The notes under the pieces were generated by a model. That model made no database searches. It was not told the origin of the DNA and saw only the letters and a program-made list of their open reading frames with translations. This document shows positions 1-6,858 of a stretch of 11,970 nucleotides of DNA, one piece after another. The translations under genes and the position numbers were made by a program. Positions within the stretch are counted from its first letter, which is position 1. Every line of letters begins with the position of its first letter. The DNA comes from Myxococcota bacterium (lineage in GTDB: Bacteria; Myxococcota; XYA12-FULL-58-9; JALHOP01). The stretch spans positions 1 through 11,970 of the forward strand of contig JBGGMJ010000018.1 of NCBI GenBank assembly GCA_041288095.1, in the 5' to 3' direction.

Positions 1-164
1 ACCGCGGCAATGAGCAGCAGGTTCACCAGCAGCACCAGCTTGACCCAAAGGGGCAGGTTCCCCCAGCCAAGACGTCGCCGCTTGGCGGGTCTGATCGGGA
101 CCTTGACCCCCATGGGCTGGGTGCGGTCGAGGGCGGCCGGATCGCGCTGCGGAGCGGAGATCAC
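1..164 (-). CDS. 5' end of a membrane-anchored protein, divergent from clpS (partial, runs off the window)
   Basis: Not in the ORF track. Reading the minus strand from GTG at 164 gives (M)ISAPQRDPAALDRTQPMGVKVPIRPAKRRRLGWGNLPLWVKLVLLVNLLLIAA..., a basic patch followed by a hydrophobic TM-like segment, open to the window edge. An alternative ATG start lies at 113. Confidence 0.6.
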   Translation of the reverse strand, partial: MISAPQRDPAALDRTQPMGVKVPIRPAKRRRLGWGNLPLWVKLVLLVNLLLIAA

Positions 165-210
165 GAGGCTCTGGTTAGCCCCCTTGGGGCCTTCGAGCAA
201 CTCTGCCTCA

Positions 211-246
211 CAAGCACTCGCGCGGCCGGCCAGGCGTGCTTATACT
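211..246 (+). promoter_or_regulatory. Putative sigma-70 -10 box (TATACT, 241-246) for clpS-clpA, overlapped by the inverted repeat AAGCAC-N18-GTGCTT
   Basis: TATACT matches TATAAT at 5/6 positions and stands out in GC-rich DNA, 10 nt before ATG 257. The inverted repeat arms are at 212-217 and 236-241. No clear -35 box. Confidence 0.45.
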
Positions 247-256
247 TGGACTAGCC

Positions 257-607
257 ATGGCTGGCCCCAAAGCCCCGAATGGCGACGATCGCTCGCCGGG
301 TGTGGCCACACCCGAGGGTGACGTCGCCACCGAGACCGAGAAAAAGGTCAAACGTCCGCACCTTTATAAGGTGCTGCTGCACAATGACGACTACACCACG
401 ATGGAATTTGTCGTGGATGTGTTGCGCACGATCTTCCATCATTCCGAATCGGAAGCCGTGAACATCATGCTGCACGTCCACCGCCGCGGAGTCGGCGTCG
501 CTGGAATATTCAGCTACGAAATAGCTGAATCAAAAGCCAACAAGGTCATGCGCATGGCGCGTGAGCACGAGTACCCCCTGCGCTGCAGTGTGGAGCCGGA
601 AGAATGA
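257..607 (+). CDS. clpS: ATP-dependent Clp protease adaptor ClpS
   Basis: Signature YKVLLHNDDYTTMEFVVDVL...IMLHVHRRGVGVAG...AESK...YPLRCSVE. It overlaps clpA by ATGA. ATG 257 is preferred over GTG 236 because the latter lies upstream of the putative -10 box. Confidence 0.97.
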   Translation: MAGPKAPNGDDRSPGVATPEGDVATETEKKVKRPHLYKVLLHNDDYTTMEFVVDVLRTIFHHSESEAVNIMLHVHRRGVGVAGIFSYEIAESKANKVMRMAREHEYPLRCSVEPEE

Positions 608-2904
608 TCGCCAAAGAGCTGGAAGCCACCTTCAATCTCGCCGTCGACGATGCCCGCCGTCGCCGCCACGACCTCGTCTGTCTCGAGCACTTGCTGCTCG
701 CGCTGCTCAAGAACGACTTCGCCGTTCAGGTCCTCGAGGCCTGCGGCGCCGATCTCAAGCAGCTCGAGCGCGACCTCGAAGCCTATCTCGCGACTCTCGA
801 TACCGTTCCGGACGACCGCGAGTTCGAAATGGAGCAGACCATGAGCGTGACGCGCGTCTTGCGTCGTGCCGCGGTCCACGTGCAGTCGTCCGGGAAAAAA
901 GAGATCGACGCCGGCGACGTCATCGCCGCCATGTACCGCGAGCCCGAGTCGCACGCGGTGTTCCTGCTCAACAAGCAGGGCGTGACCCGTCTCGACGTCC
1001 TCGAGTTCATTTCGCACGGCGTCTCGAAGACCGGTGACCTCTCGGGCGTGCCCGACATGCGTCGTATCGAAGGCGAAGACGACGAAGAAGGCGGCTCCAC
1101 GAAGCCCAAGGGCGATCCCCTGGAGGCTTTCTGCGTCGACCTCTTGAAGAAGGCTTCCGAAGGTAAGATCGACCCGTTGATCGGCCGCGCCGCCGAGCTC
1201 GAGCGCACCATCCATGTGCTCTGCCGCCGCCGCAAGAACAACCCGGTGTTCGTCGGTGAGCCCGGCGTAGGCAAGACCGCTATCGCGGAGGGCCTGGCGC
1301 TTGCCATCCACGAGAAGAATGTTCCCGATTTGTTGAAAGACGCCGAGGTCTTCGCGCTCGACATGGGCTCACTCATCGCCGGCACCAAGTTCCGCGGCGA
1401 GTTCGAGCAGCGCTTGAAGGCGGTCATCAAAGCGATCACCGATCGCAAGCACGCCATTCTCTTCATCGACGAGATTCACACCATCGTCGGCGCCGGCGCC
1501 GTGAGCGGCGGCACCTTGGATGCGTCGAACATCTTGAAGCCGGCTCTCGCCAACGGCGAGCTGCGCTGCATCGGCTCCACGACCTTCAAGGAGTACCAGT
1601 CGGCCTTCGAGCGCGACCGGGCCTTGGCGCGACGCTTCCAGAAGATCGAGGTCACCGAGCCGTCGATCGAAGACGCCATCAAGATCTTGAAGGGTCTCAA
1701 GCCGCAATACGAGAAGCACCACGGCGTGACCTACACGAACCCGGCGTTGGAGCAGGCGGTCGAGCTGTCGGCCAAATACATCAACGACCGGCACCTCCCC
1801 GACAAGGCCATCGATGTCATCGACGAAGCGGGCGCCGCGGTGCGCTTGCTCCCCGAGAACAAGCGGCCGAAGAACATCCGGCCGAAGGACATCGAGAACA
1901 TCGTCGCGAAGATCGCGCGCATTCCTCCGCGCACCGTGTCGACCAGCGACAAGGAAAAGCTGCAGACGTTGGATCGCGATCTCAAGCTCGTGATCTACGG
2001 ACAAGACAACGCCATCGACTCGCTGGTGTCGGCCATCAAGCTGTCGCGCTCGGGCCTCGGCTCACCGCAGCGTCCGGTAGGCTCGTTCCTCTTTAGCGGA
2101 CCAACCGGCGTCGGTAAGACCGAGCTGGCGCGTCAGCTCGCGAAGATCATGGGCGTCGAGCTCATTCGCTTCGACATGTCGGAGTACATGGAGAAGCACA
2201 CGGTATCGCGCTTGATTGGCGCGCCGCCGGGCTACGTCGGCTTCGACCAAGGTGGGTTGCTGACCGATCAGATCATCAAGCACCCGCACGCGGTGCTCAT
2301 CTTTGACGAAATCGAGAAGGCGCATCCCGACCTCTACAACATCTTGCTGCAGGTCATGGATCACGCGACCCTCACCGACAACAACGGCCGCAAAGCCGAC
2401 TTCCGCAACGTGGTGATCATCATGACCACCAACGCGGGCGCCGCCGACGCCGCGCGCGCGGGCATCGGCTTCGGCGGAGGCGTCGAGACCAAGGACGCCA
2501 AAGCGGCCATCGAGCGCACGTTCGCGCCCGAGTTTCGCAATCGTCTCGATGCCTGGATTTCGTTCCAGCATCTCGGTGAAGAGACCATCAAACAGGTCGT
2601 CGAAAAGTTCGTCGGTGAGCTCGAGACCCAGCTTCGCGACAAGAAGGTGACCCTCACCTTGAGCGACAAGGCGCGCTCCTGGCTCGCGCTGAAGGGCTAC
2701 GACAAGGTCAACGGCGCCCGCCCCATGGGCCGGCTGATCGACAAGGAAGTGCGGCGCAAGCTCGCGGACGAAATCCTCTTCGGCAAGCTGCAGCACGGCG
2801 GCCAGGTCAAAGTCGACGTCAAGAACGATGAAATCGCTCTGGAAATCGCCGAGGGCAAGAAGGAAGTCGTCAAAGAGGACAGCGAGGAAGAGGCGGCCGT
2901 CTAG
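604..2904 (+). CDS. clpA: ATP-dependent Clp protease ATP-binding subunit ClpA
   Basis: Clp N-domain (EHLLLALL) and two AAA+ modules (GEPGVGKT/ILFIDEIH and GPTGVGKT/LIFDEIEK). Also the RLIGAPPGYVGF pore loop and the ClpP-docking IGF loop. No ClpB middle domain, 766 aa, adjacent to clpS. Confidence 0.97.
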   Translation: MIAKELEATFNLAVDDARRRRHDLVCLEHLLLALLKNDFAVQVLEACGADLKQLERDLEAYLATLDTVPDDREFEMEQTMSVTRVLRRAAVHVQSSGKKEIDAGDVIAAMYREPESHAVFLLNKQGVTRLDVLEFISHGVSKTGDLSGVPDMRRIEGEDDEEGGSTKPKGDPLEAFCVDLLKKASEGKIDPLIGRAAELERTIHVLCRRRKNNPVFVGEPGVGKTAIAEGLALAIHEKNVPDLLKDAEVFALDMGSLIAGTKFRGEFEQRLKAVIKAITDRKHAILFIDEIHTIVGAGAVSGGTLDASNILKPALANGELRCIGSTTFKEYQSAFERDRALARRFQKIEVTEPSIEDAIKILKGLKPQYEKHHGVTYTNPALEQAVELSAKYINDRHLPDKAIDVIDEAGAAVRLLPENKRPKNIRPKDIENIVAKIARIPPRTVSTSDKEKLQTLDRDLKLVIYGQDNAIDSLVSAIKLSRSGLGSPQRPVGSFLFSGPTGVGKTELARQLAKIMGVELIRFDMSEYMEKHTVSRLIGAPPGYVGFDQGGLLTDQIIKHPHAVLIFDEIEKAHPDLYNILLQVMDHATLTDNNGRKADFRNVVIIMTTNAGAADAARAGIGFGGGVETKDAKAAIERTFAPEFRNRLDAWISFQHLGEETIKQVVEKFVGELETQLRDKKVTLTLSDKARSWLALKGYDKVNGARPMGRLIDKEVRRKLADEILFGKLQHGGQVKVDVKNDEIALEIAEGKKEVVKEDSEEEAAV

Positions 2905-2932
2905 GCGGTCCCCGCAACCTCGGCGGCAAGCG

Positions 2933-2940
2933 GCCGATAA
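2933..2940 (+). promoter_or_regulatory. Sigma-28 (FliA)-like -10 element GCCGATAA
   Basis: Exact match to the GCCGATAA consensus in the 65-nt intergenic gap before ORF 2970. The -35 position at 15-nt spacing reads GCAA (2914-2917), only a partial match to TAAA. Confidence 0.35.
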
Positions 2941-2969
2941 ACCGACCAGATGAAAATTGGGGTCGGTTC

Positions 2970-3299
2970 ATGAGTGGATTCTTGAGCACAGGGCCTGGAC
3001 CCGCGGGCGAGATTGCCGGCGGTTACCGGACGCTCGCGGTCGTTCGGGCGCTCGAGCTCGCCGGCGTGCCCGCAAGCGAGCGCGCAGCTATGCAGAGCCA
3101 GCTCCGGAGCTTGCCTGACAGTACCCGCTGGGCCGACCGCAGGGATGATGGGCAGATTCGTCAGGTGACGCTCCCCTATCTTGGCGAAGCAGGGGTCGAC
3201 AGGCTCCTGCACGGCTTGCGTGTCCGCCAAGAGCTCACCGGCGCCGCTCTCGCATCCGCGACCCTCGTCATTGCCGGCGCCTTCCTCGCTCTGGGCTAA
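2970..3299 (+). CDS. Hypothetical protein with a C-terminal hydrophobic helix (109 aa)
   Basis: Fills the gap after clpA and is mostly G/C at third codon positions. It ends in GAALASATLVIAGAFLALG. No recognised family. Confidence 0.55.
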   Translation: MSGFLSTGPGPAGEIAGGYRTLAVVRALELAGVPASERAAMQSQLRSLPDSTRWADRRDDGQIRQVTLPYLGEAGVDRLLHGLRVRQELTGAALASATLVIAGAFLALG

Positions 3300-3334
3300 A
3301 GCACTGAGCCATCTTGTCGCTGTCCAAATCGCAC

Positions 3335-3351
3335 TTTTGGCCTAGCCAAAA
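3335..3351. promoter_or_regulatory. Palindrome TTTTGGC-cta-GCCAAAA (operator-like or short hairpin)
   Basis: Perfect 7-bp inverted repeat with a 3-nt spacer in the AT-richer intergenic region 3300-3434. Confidence 0.4.
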
Positions 3352-3434
3352 TCGAGCCGACCCGGTTACGTTCACATTAGCTGCGCCGCGACGGGCTGGG
3401 TCGCGCGTGTTTCAGCGATGTGGAGCGAGGCTCA

Positions 3435-4055
3435 ATGGCGATCACCGGACCGACGGGGATTCAACCAAACGTTCGCATCACGGGTGAGACGCCCACTACG
3501 ACCGCGGGAGCCGAGCACGTCACGACGGCCCGCTCCGAGGCGACGCCCTCGATGGCGACGGCGCAGATGCAGCGCACTGTCGATCCGGGCGCGACGTCGC
3601 AGCTCCACCTGCCGCCGACCGCGATGTCCCGGGAAGCCTCCGGCCAGCGCGACGCCGCTCCCGACAGCGATTTCCGCGCGGCCATGGCGCCCCTCGCCAA
3701 GCTCCTGAACAACCCGGCACTGAAGACAGGCATGGCGGCCCCGGGCGCGGCGGCGTTCCTCGCGGGTATTCCGACCCTCGGCGCCATTGCTTCGGCGGCT
3801 TACGCGTTGTGGCACTTCGCGCGCTTCGTCGGTCTCTTGATGGCGAAGGGCAAGCTCAAATGGAGCGAGCTCGCCAAGGCAGGAGGGCACACAGCCGCGG
3901 CGTTGGCGTCGGCGGCAGGCGCGCCTCTCGCGAGCACGATTGCGTTCCTCGCCGATGCGGCGACCACGGACGACGAAGAGTGGACCGAGGAAGACGGCCA
4001 GGCGCGCAAGAAGCGCGAGCCGACCATCGCCCCCGTTCCCGAGCCGATGGCCTGA
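3435..4055 (+). CDS. Hypothetical protein: T/P/A-rich disordered N-terminus, Ala/Gly-rich hydrophobic core, charged tail
   Basis: GGAG/GAGG RBS precedes ATG 3435 (the track start is GTG 3420) and third positions are GC-rich. Hydrophobic stretches are AAAFLAGIPTLGAIASAAYALWHFARFVGLLM and AAALASAAGAPLASTIAFLA. Confidence 0.75.
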   Translation: MAITGPTGIQPNVRITGETPTTTAGAEHVTTARSEATPSMATAQMQRTVDPGATSQLHLPPTAMSREASGQRDAAPDSDFRAAMAPLAKLLNNPALKTGMAAPGAAAFLAGIPTLGAIASAAYALWHFARFVGLLMAKGKLKWSELAKAGGHTAAALASAAGAPLASTIAFLADAATTDDEEWTEEDGQARKKREPTIAPVPEPMA

Positions 4056-4075
4056 CACCACCCGGAGCGGGTGTT

Positions 4076-4600
4076 ATGGACCAGAGGGTGAGCGACGCGA
4101 ACCCCTTTGCGAGCTTGGGCCCACCGCCAGCGGGTGACGATCCCCGGGCGCAGCTCGACTACATGGTGACCGTGCTCGAAGCGTTCAAGCACGCCAAAGA
4201 GCCGCGCATGAAGCCGCTGCGCACCAAGCTCTTCGCGGCGGTCGCGGCCATCAAGGAAAATCCCGCTGAAGCGGACAACGTCCAGTTTCAGAAGCGCCTG
4301 CGCTTGATTCAGCTCGAAACCTACGACCTCGTGATGGTCCTGGTGAATCAGATTCGTGGCACGCTGCGGGTGCAGCTCAAGCGCGCCATGCCGGCGCCGA
4401 AGAAGCTCGACACCGAAAAGCTCCAGTCGGATCTCGGCGACTATGCCCTCGGCTTACGCAAGCTCATCTCGGCGATGAAGTCCGGTGATGCGAGCAAGCG
4501 CATGGAGGCGCAGGCGCTCCTCGAGAAAGCCGGGCAGTCGCTCGACGCAACCGTGCCGGTGGCCGAAGAAGAAGACCAGGCGGCGGACGCCGGCAGTTGA
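4076..4600 (+). CDS. Hypothetical soluble, probably all-alpha protein (174 aa)
   Basis: This is the 3' part of track ORF 3809..4600. ATG 4076 has GGAG at 4064-4067 (GTG 4088 is an alternative start). Codon bias is typical, the sequence looks amphipathic-helical and the tail is acidic (EEEDQAADAGS). Confidence 0.8.
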   Translation: MDQRVSDANPFASLGPPPAGDDPRAQLDYMVTVLEAFKHAKEPRMKPLRTKLFAAVAAIKENPAEADNVQFQKRLRLIQLETYDLVMVLVNQIRGTLRVQLKRAMPAPKKLDTEKLQSDLGDYALGLRKLISAMKSGDASKRMEAQALLEKAGQSLDATVPVAEEEDQAADAGS

Positions 4601-5613
4601 TAGTGCTGAGTATCGCGCTGGCCATGTTGTCCGCCACAGCGGACGGGTCGGCTTTCCGCGATGCCAAGGCATGCGCCGAGAGCATCGCGCGTGGCGAGCG
4701 CCTGGAGCGTGCCGGTGAGGTGGTGCGGGTCGTCACCTGGAACGTGCGCTGGTTCCCCGATGGCGGGCCGGGAAAGACGGCGGGCACCAACCTCGAGTGG
4801 CTCGCTTGCGCCTTGGCGTGGCTCGACGCGGACGTCTTCATGCTCCAGGAGATCAAGCGTTCGCCATCCGCGGCGGCGGCCATGGAGAGCGTCGTCGACC
4901 AGCTCGCGCGGCACACGCGCGCCAAGTGGCAGGTCGCGGTCGACGACTGTCCGCATCCGGAGAGCCAGCACCTCGCGATGCTCTATCGCAGCGACCGCGT
5001 GGCCATGACCGACATCGCGACGCGCGGCGAGATCGACCCGACGGTGGTGAAGAAAGCCCAAGCCTCGTGCCCTGGACGTTTGCGCCCGGCGTTGACGGGA
5101 TACGTGCGCTCGCTGCGGGGCGGGCTCGACTTTCACCTGGCGACCGTCCACCTCGACTCCGGCAAGGAAGAGCGCGACCAGAACAACCGCCGCGAGGCTT
5201 GGCGGCGCATCGAGACTCTCACGCACTCCATGCAGACCGCTCGCGCGGACGACGATGTCATCGTGCTCGGGGACTTCAACACCATGGGCTGCAGGGGCTG
5301 TGGCATCCCCACGGCGGCGGCGGAGCTCGCGGCCATGATCGATGCGCTACGCGGCCTGTCGTTTCCCTATCGCATTGCCTCGCTACAGCTCGGCTGCAGC
5401 GAGTACTACAACGAGCACGGCACCCTCCTCGATCACGTGCTCATCGCCGCGACCATGCAGGAAGCAGACGACGCGCCCGTGCGCGTGAGCGGTATTTGCA
5501 GCGCCCTCGCCTGCAAGAAGCTCGACGCCGCCCACGTGGCGGTGATGGCGGAGCTCTCGGACCATTGTCCGGTCGTGGTCGACGTGCCCGACCACGATAT
5601 CGACGGCTCCTAG
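4597..5613 (+). CDS. Secreted endonuclease/exonuclease/phosphatase (EEP, DNase I-like) family protein
   Basis: EEP motifs TWNVRWF, FMLQEI, TVHLDSG, VLGDFNT, LDHVL and SDHCPV. N-terminal signal-like segment IVLSIALAMLSATA and 10 Cys. The TTG start overlaps the upstream TGA (GTG 4603 is an alternative). Confidence 0.9.
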   Translation: MIVLSIALAMLSATADGSAFRDAKACAESIARGERLERAGEVVRVVTWNVRWFPDGGPGKTAGTNLEWLACALAWLDADVFMLQEIKRSPSAAAAMESVVDQLARHTRAKWQVAVDDCPHPESQHLAMLYRSDRVAMTDIATRGEIDPTVVKKAQASCPGRLRPALTGYVRSLRGGLDFHLATVHLDSGKEERDQNNRREAWRRIETLTHSMQTARADDDVIVLGDFNTMGCRGCGIPTAAAELAAMIDALRGLSFPYRIASLQLGCSEYYNEHGTLLDHVLIAATMQEADDAPVRVSGICSALACKKLDAAHVAVMAELSDHCPVVVDVPDHDIDGS

Positions 5614-6056
5614 TCGACCGCCTGCGCCATCGTCGCGAGGCTCGTACCCCAGACCAGATGCGCCGCCACCATGAGTGCCGTCCGCTTCCGCGGAGTGTGA
5701 TCCGGGTGCGGCAAGATGCCCATCGACGGCAACCACCCGAGGTAGCTGACAGCCCACAAGGCCAACCCGTAGAGTGGCCCCTCCACGAACGGATGCAACC
5801 GTAACCCCGTGATCGGCGCGTGCAACGCCCCAGCGGCCGCGCCGTAGCCGAAATGGCTGACCATGGTGAGCGCGCCTTTGTGACGGCGGACGCGCCGCGG
5901 CGTGCCGACGCGCCGGAGCAGGCGGGAGGTGATGAGCCGAGGCGGCAACGGATAGCGCTGGTGCCGCGGCAAGAAGCGGAACATCGCTTCCATGGCGATG
6001 GTCATGGCGGCGGTGGCCACCAAGCCCGCGCCTGTGTTCGTGAGCAAGCGACGCAT
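5610..6056 (-). CDS. Small integral membrane protein (DUF1440-like)
   Basis: Strong RBS GGGAGG. The pattern AGLVATAAMT...HFGYGAAAGAL...YGLALWAVSYLGWLP...AHLVWG gives about four hydrophobic segments with two intramembrane His. The family name is from recall. Confidence 0.8.
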   Translation of the reverse strand: MRRLLTNTGAGLVATAAMTIAMEAMFRFLPRHQRYPLPPRLITSRLLRRVGTPRRVRRHKGALTMVSHFGYGAAAGALHAPITGLRLHPFVEGPLYGLALWAVSYLGWLPSMGILPHPDHTPRKRTALMVAAHLVWGTSLATMAQAVD

Positions 6057-6096
6057 GAAACCTCCCGTACGAAGGTAAGCAATGCGTCGCGCGAAG

Positions 6097-6849
6097 CTAG
6101 CGCCTTGCTTTGGCGCGCGCCGCCCGGATGGCCTTGGTCTCGACGACCACCTTCTTCTTGGACGGTTTGGCGGCCTTCGCGCTCGCGGGCACGTAGCCGA
6201 CCTTCGGATCGAATGCCGACTGGCAGAGGTCGTTCAGAGGACAGACGTCGCACTGAGGCGCACGGGCGATGCACACGCGGCGGCCGTGCAGAATGAGGAA
6301 GTGGCTGAAGTCGACCCAATCGGCTTGGGGGATGAGCTTCATCAGATCCTGCTCGATGTCTTTGACGTCGTCGTGCCGCGTGAGCCCGATGAGCTGGGAC
6401 AAGCGTTGCACGTGTGTGTCGACGACCACGCCCTCCGCGAGCCCGAAAGCGGCACCGAGCACGACGTTCGCGGTCTTGCGGGCGGCGCCAGGGATCTTGA
6501 TGAGCTCGGCGAGCGTGCGTGGCACCTCGCCTTGGTGGCGCTCCACCAGAGCCTTCGCCATGCCGATGATCGACTTCGCTTTGTTGCGATAGAAGCCGGT
6601 GGTGCGGACGATGTCTTCGACGGCGAGCTGCTCCGCTTTAGCGAGCGCCTGAGCGTCGGGATATTTCGCGAAGAGCACCGGCGTCACCATGTTGACGCGC
6701 TTGTCGGTGGTTTGCGCCGACAAGATGGTCGCCGCCAGCAGCTCGAAGGGGTTCTTGTGATCGAGCTCGGTCTTGGCGTCGGGATAGAGAGTGCGGAGCT
6801 TCGCGATGAGCTCGGGGATGGCTGTCTTCGGTAGTTGCTTCTTGGCCAC
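6097..6849 (-). CDS. nth: Endonuclease III (DNA glycosylase/AP lyase)
   Basis: NPFELLAATILSAQTTDKRVN, HhH motif IPGAARKTANVV, catalytic VVDTHV and the 4Fe-4S motif C-X6-C-X2-C-X5-C (CIARAPQCDVCPLNDLC). GTG start with AAGGA RBS. Confidence 0.97.
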   Translation of the reverse strand: MAKKQLPKTAIPELIAKLRTLYPDAKTELDHKNPFELLAATILSAQTTDKRVNMVTPVLFAKYPDAQALAKAEQLAVEDIVRTTGFYRNKAKSIIGMAKALVERHQGEVPRTLAELIKIPGAARKTANVVLGAAFGLAEGVVVDTHVQRLSQLIGLTRHDDVKDIEQDLMKLIPQADWVDFSHFLILHGRRVCIARAPQCDVCPLNDLCQSAFDPKVGYVPASAKAAKPSKKKVVVETKAIRAARAKARR

Positions 6850-6858
6850 GGGGTTCCT

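Noticed and set aside
514..2796. Multiple long minus-strand and alternate-frame ORFs over clpA
   Set aside because: These are shadows of a strongly codon-biased, GC-rich gene and show no recognisable motifs.
2905..2970. No aat (Leu/Phe-tRNA protein transferase) gene after clpS-clpA
   Set aside because: That linkage is variable between lineages, so its absence here says little.
2901..3230. Minus-strand 109-aa ORF as an alternative to 2970..3299
   Set aside because: The + strand frame has better third-position GC and a more protein-like sequence. The minus ORF is not fully excluded.
3809..4075. N-terminal part of the 263-aa ORF overlapping ORF 3435
   Set aside because: Arg-rich off-frame translation. 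The RBS and codon bias support a start at 4076 or 4088.
6460..6500. Nth HhH motif reads GAARK rather than GVGRK
   Set aside because: The catalytic Lys and Asp are intact and G-x-A-R-K variants are common, so this is not evidence of inactivation.
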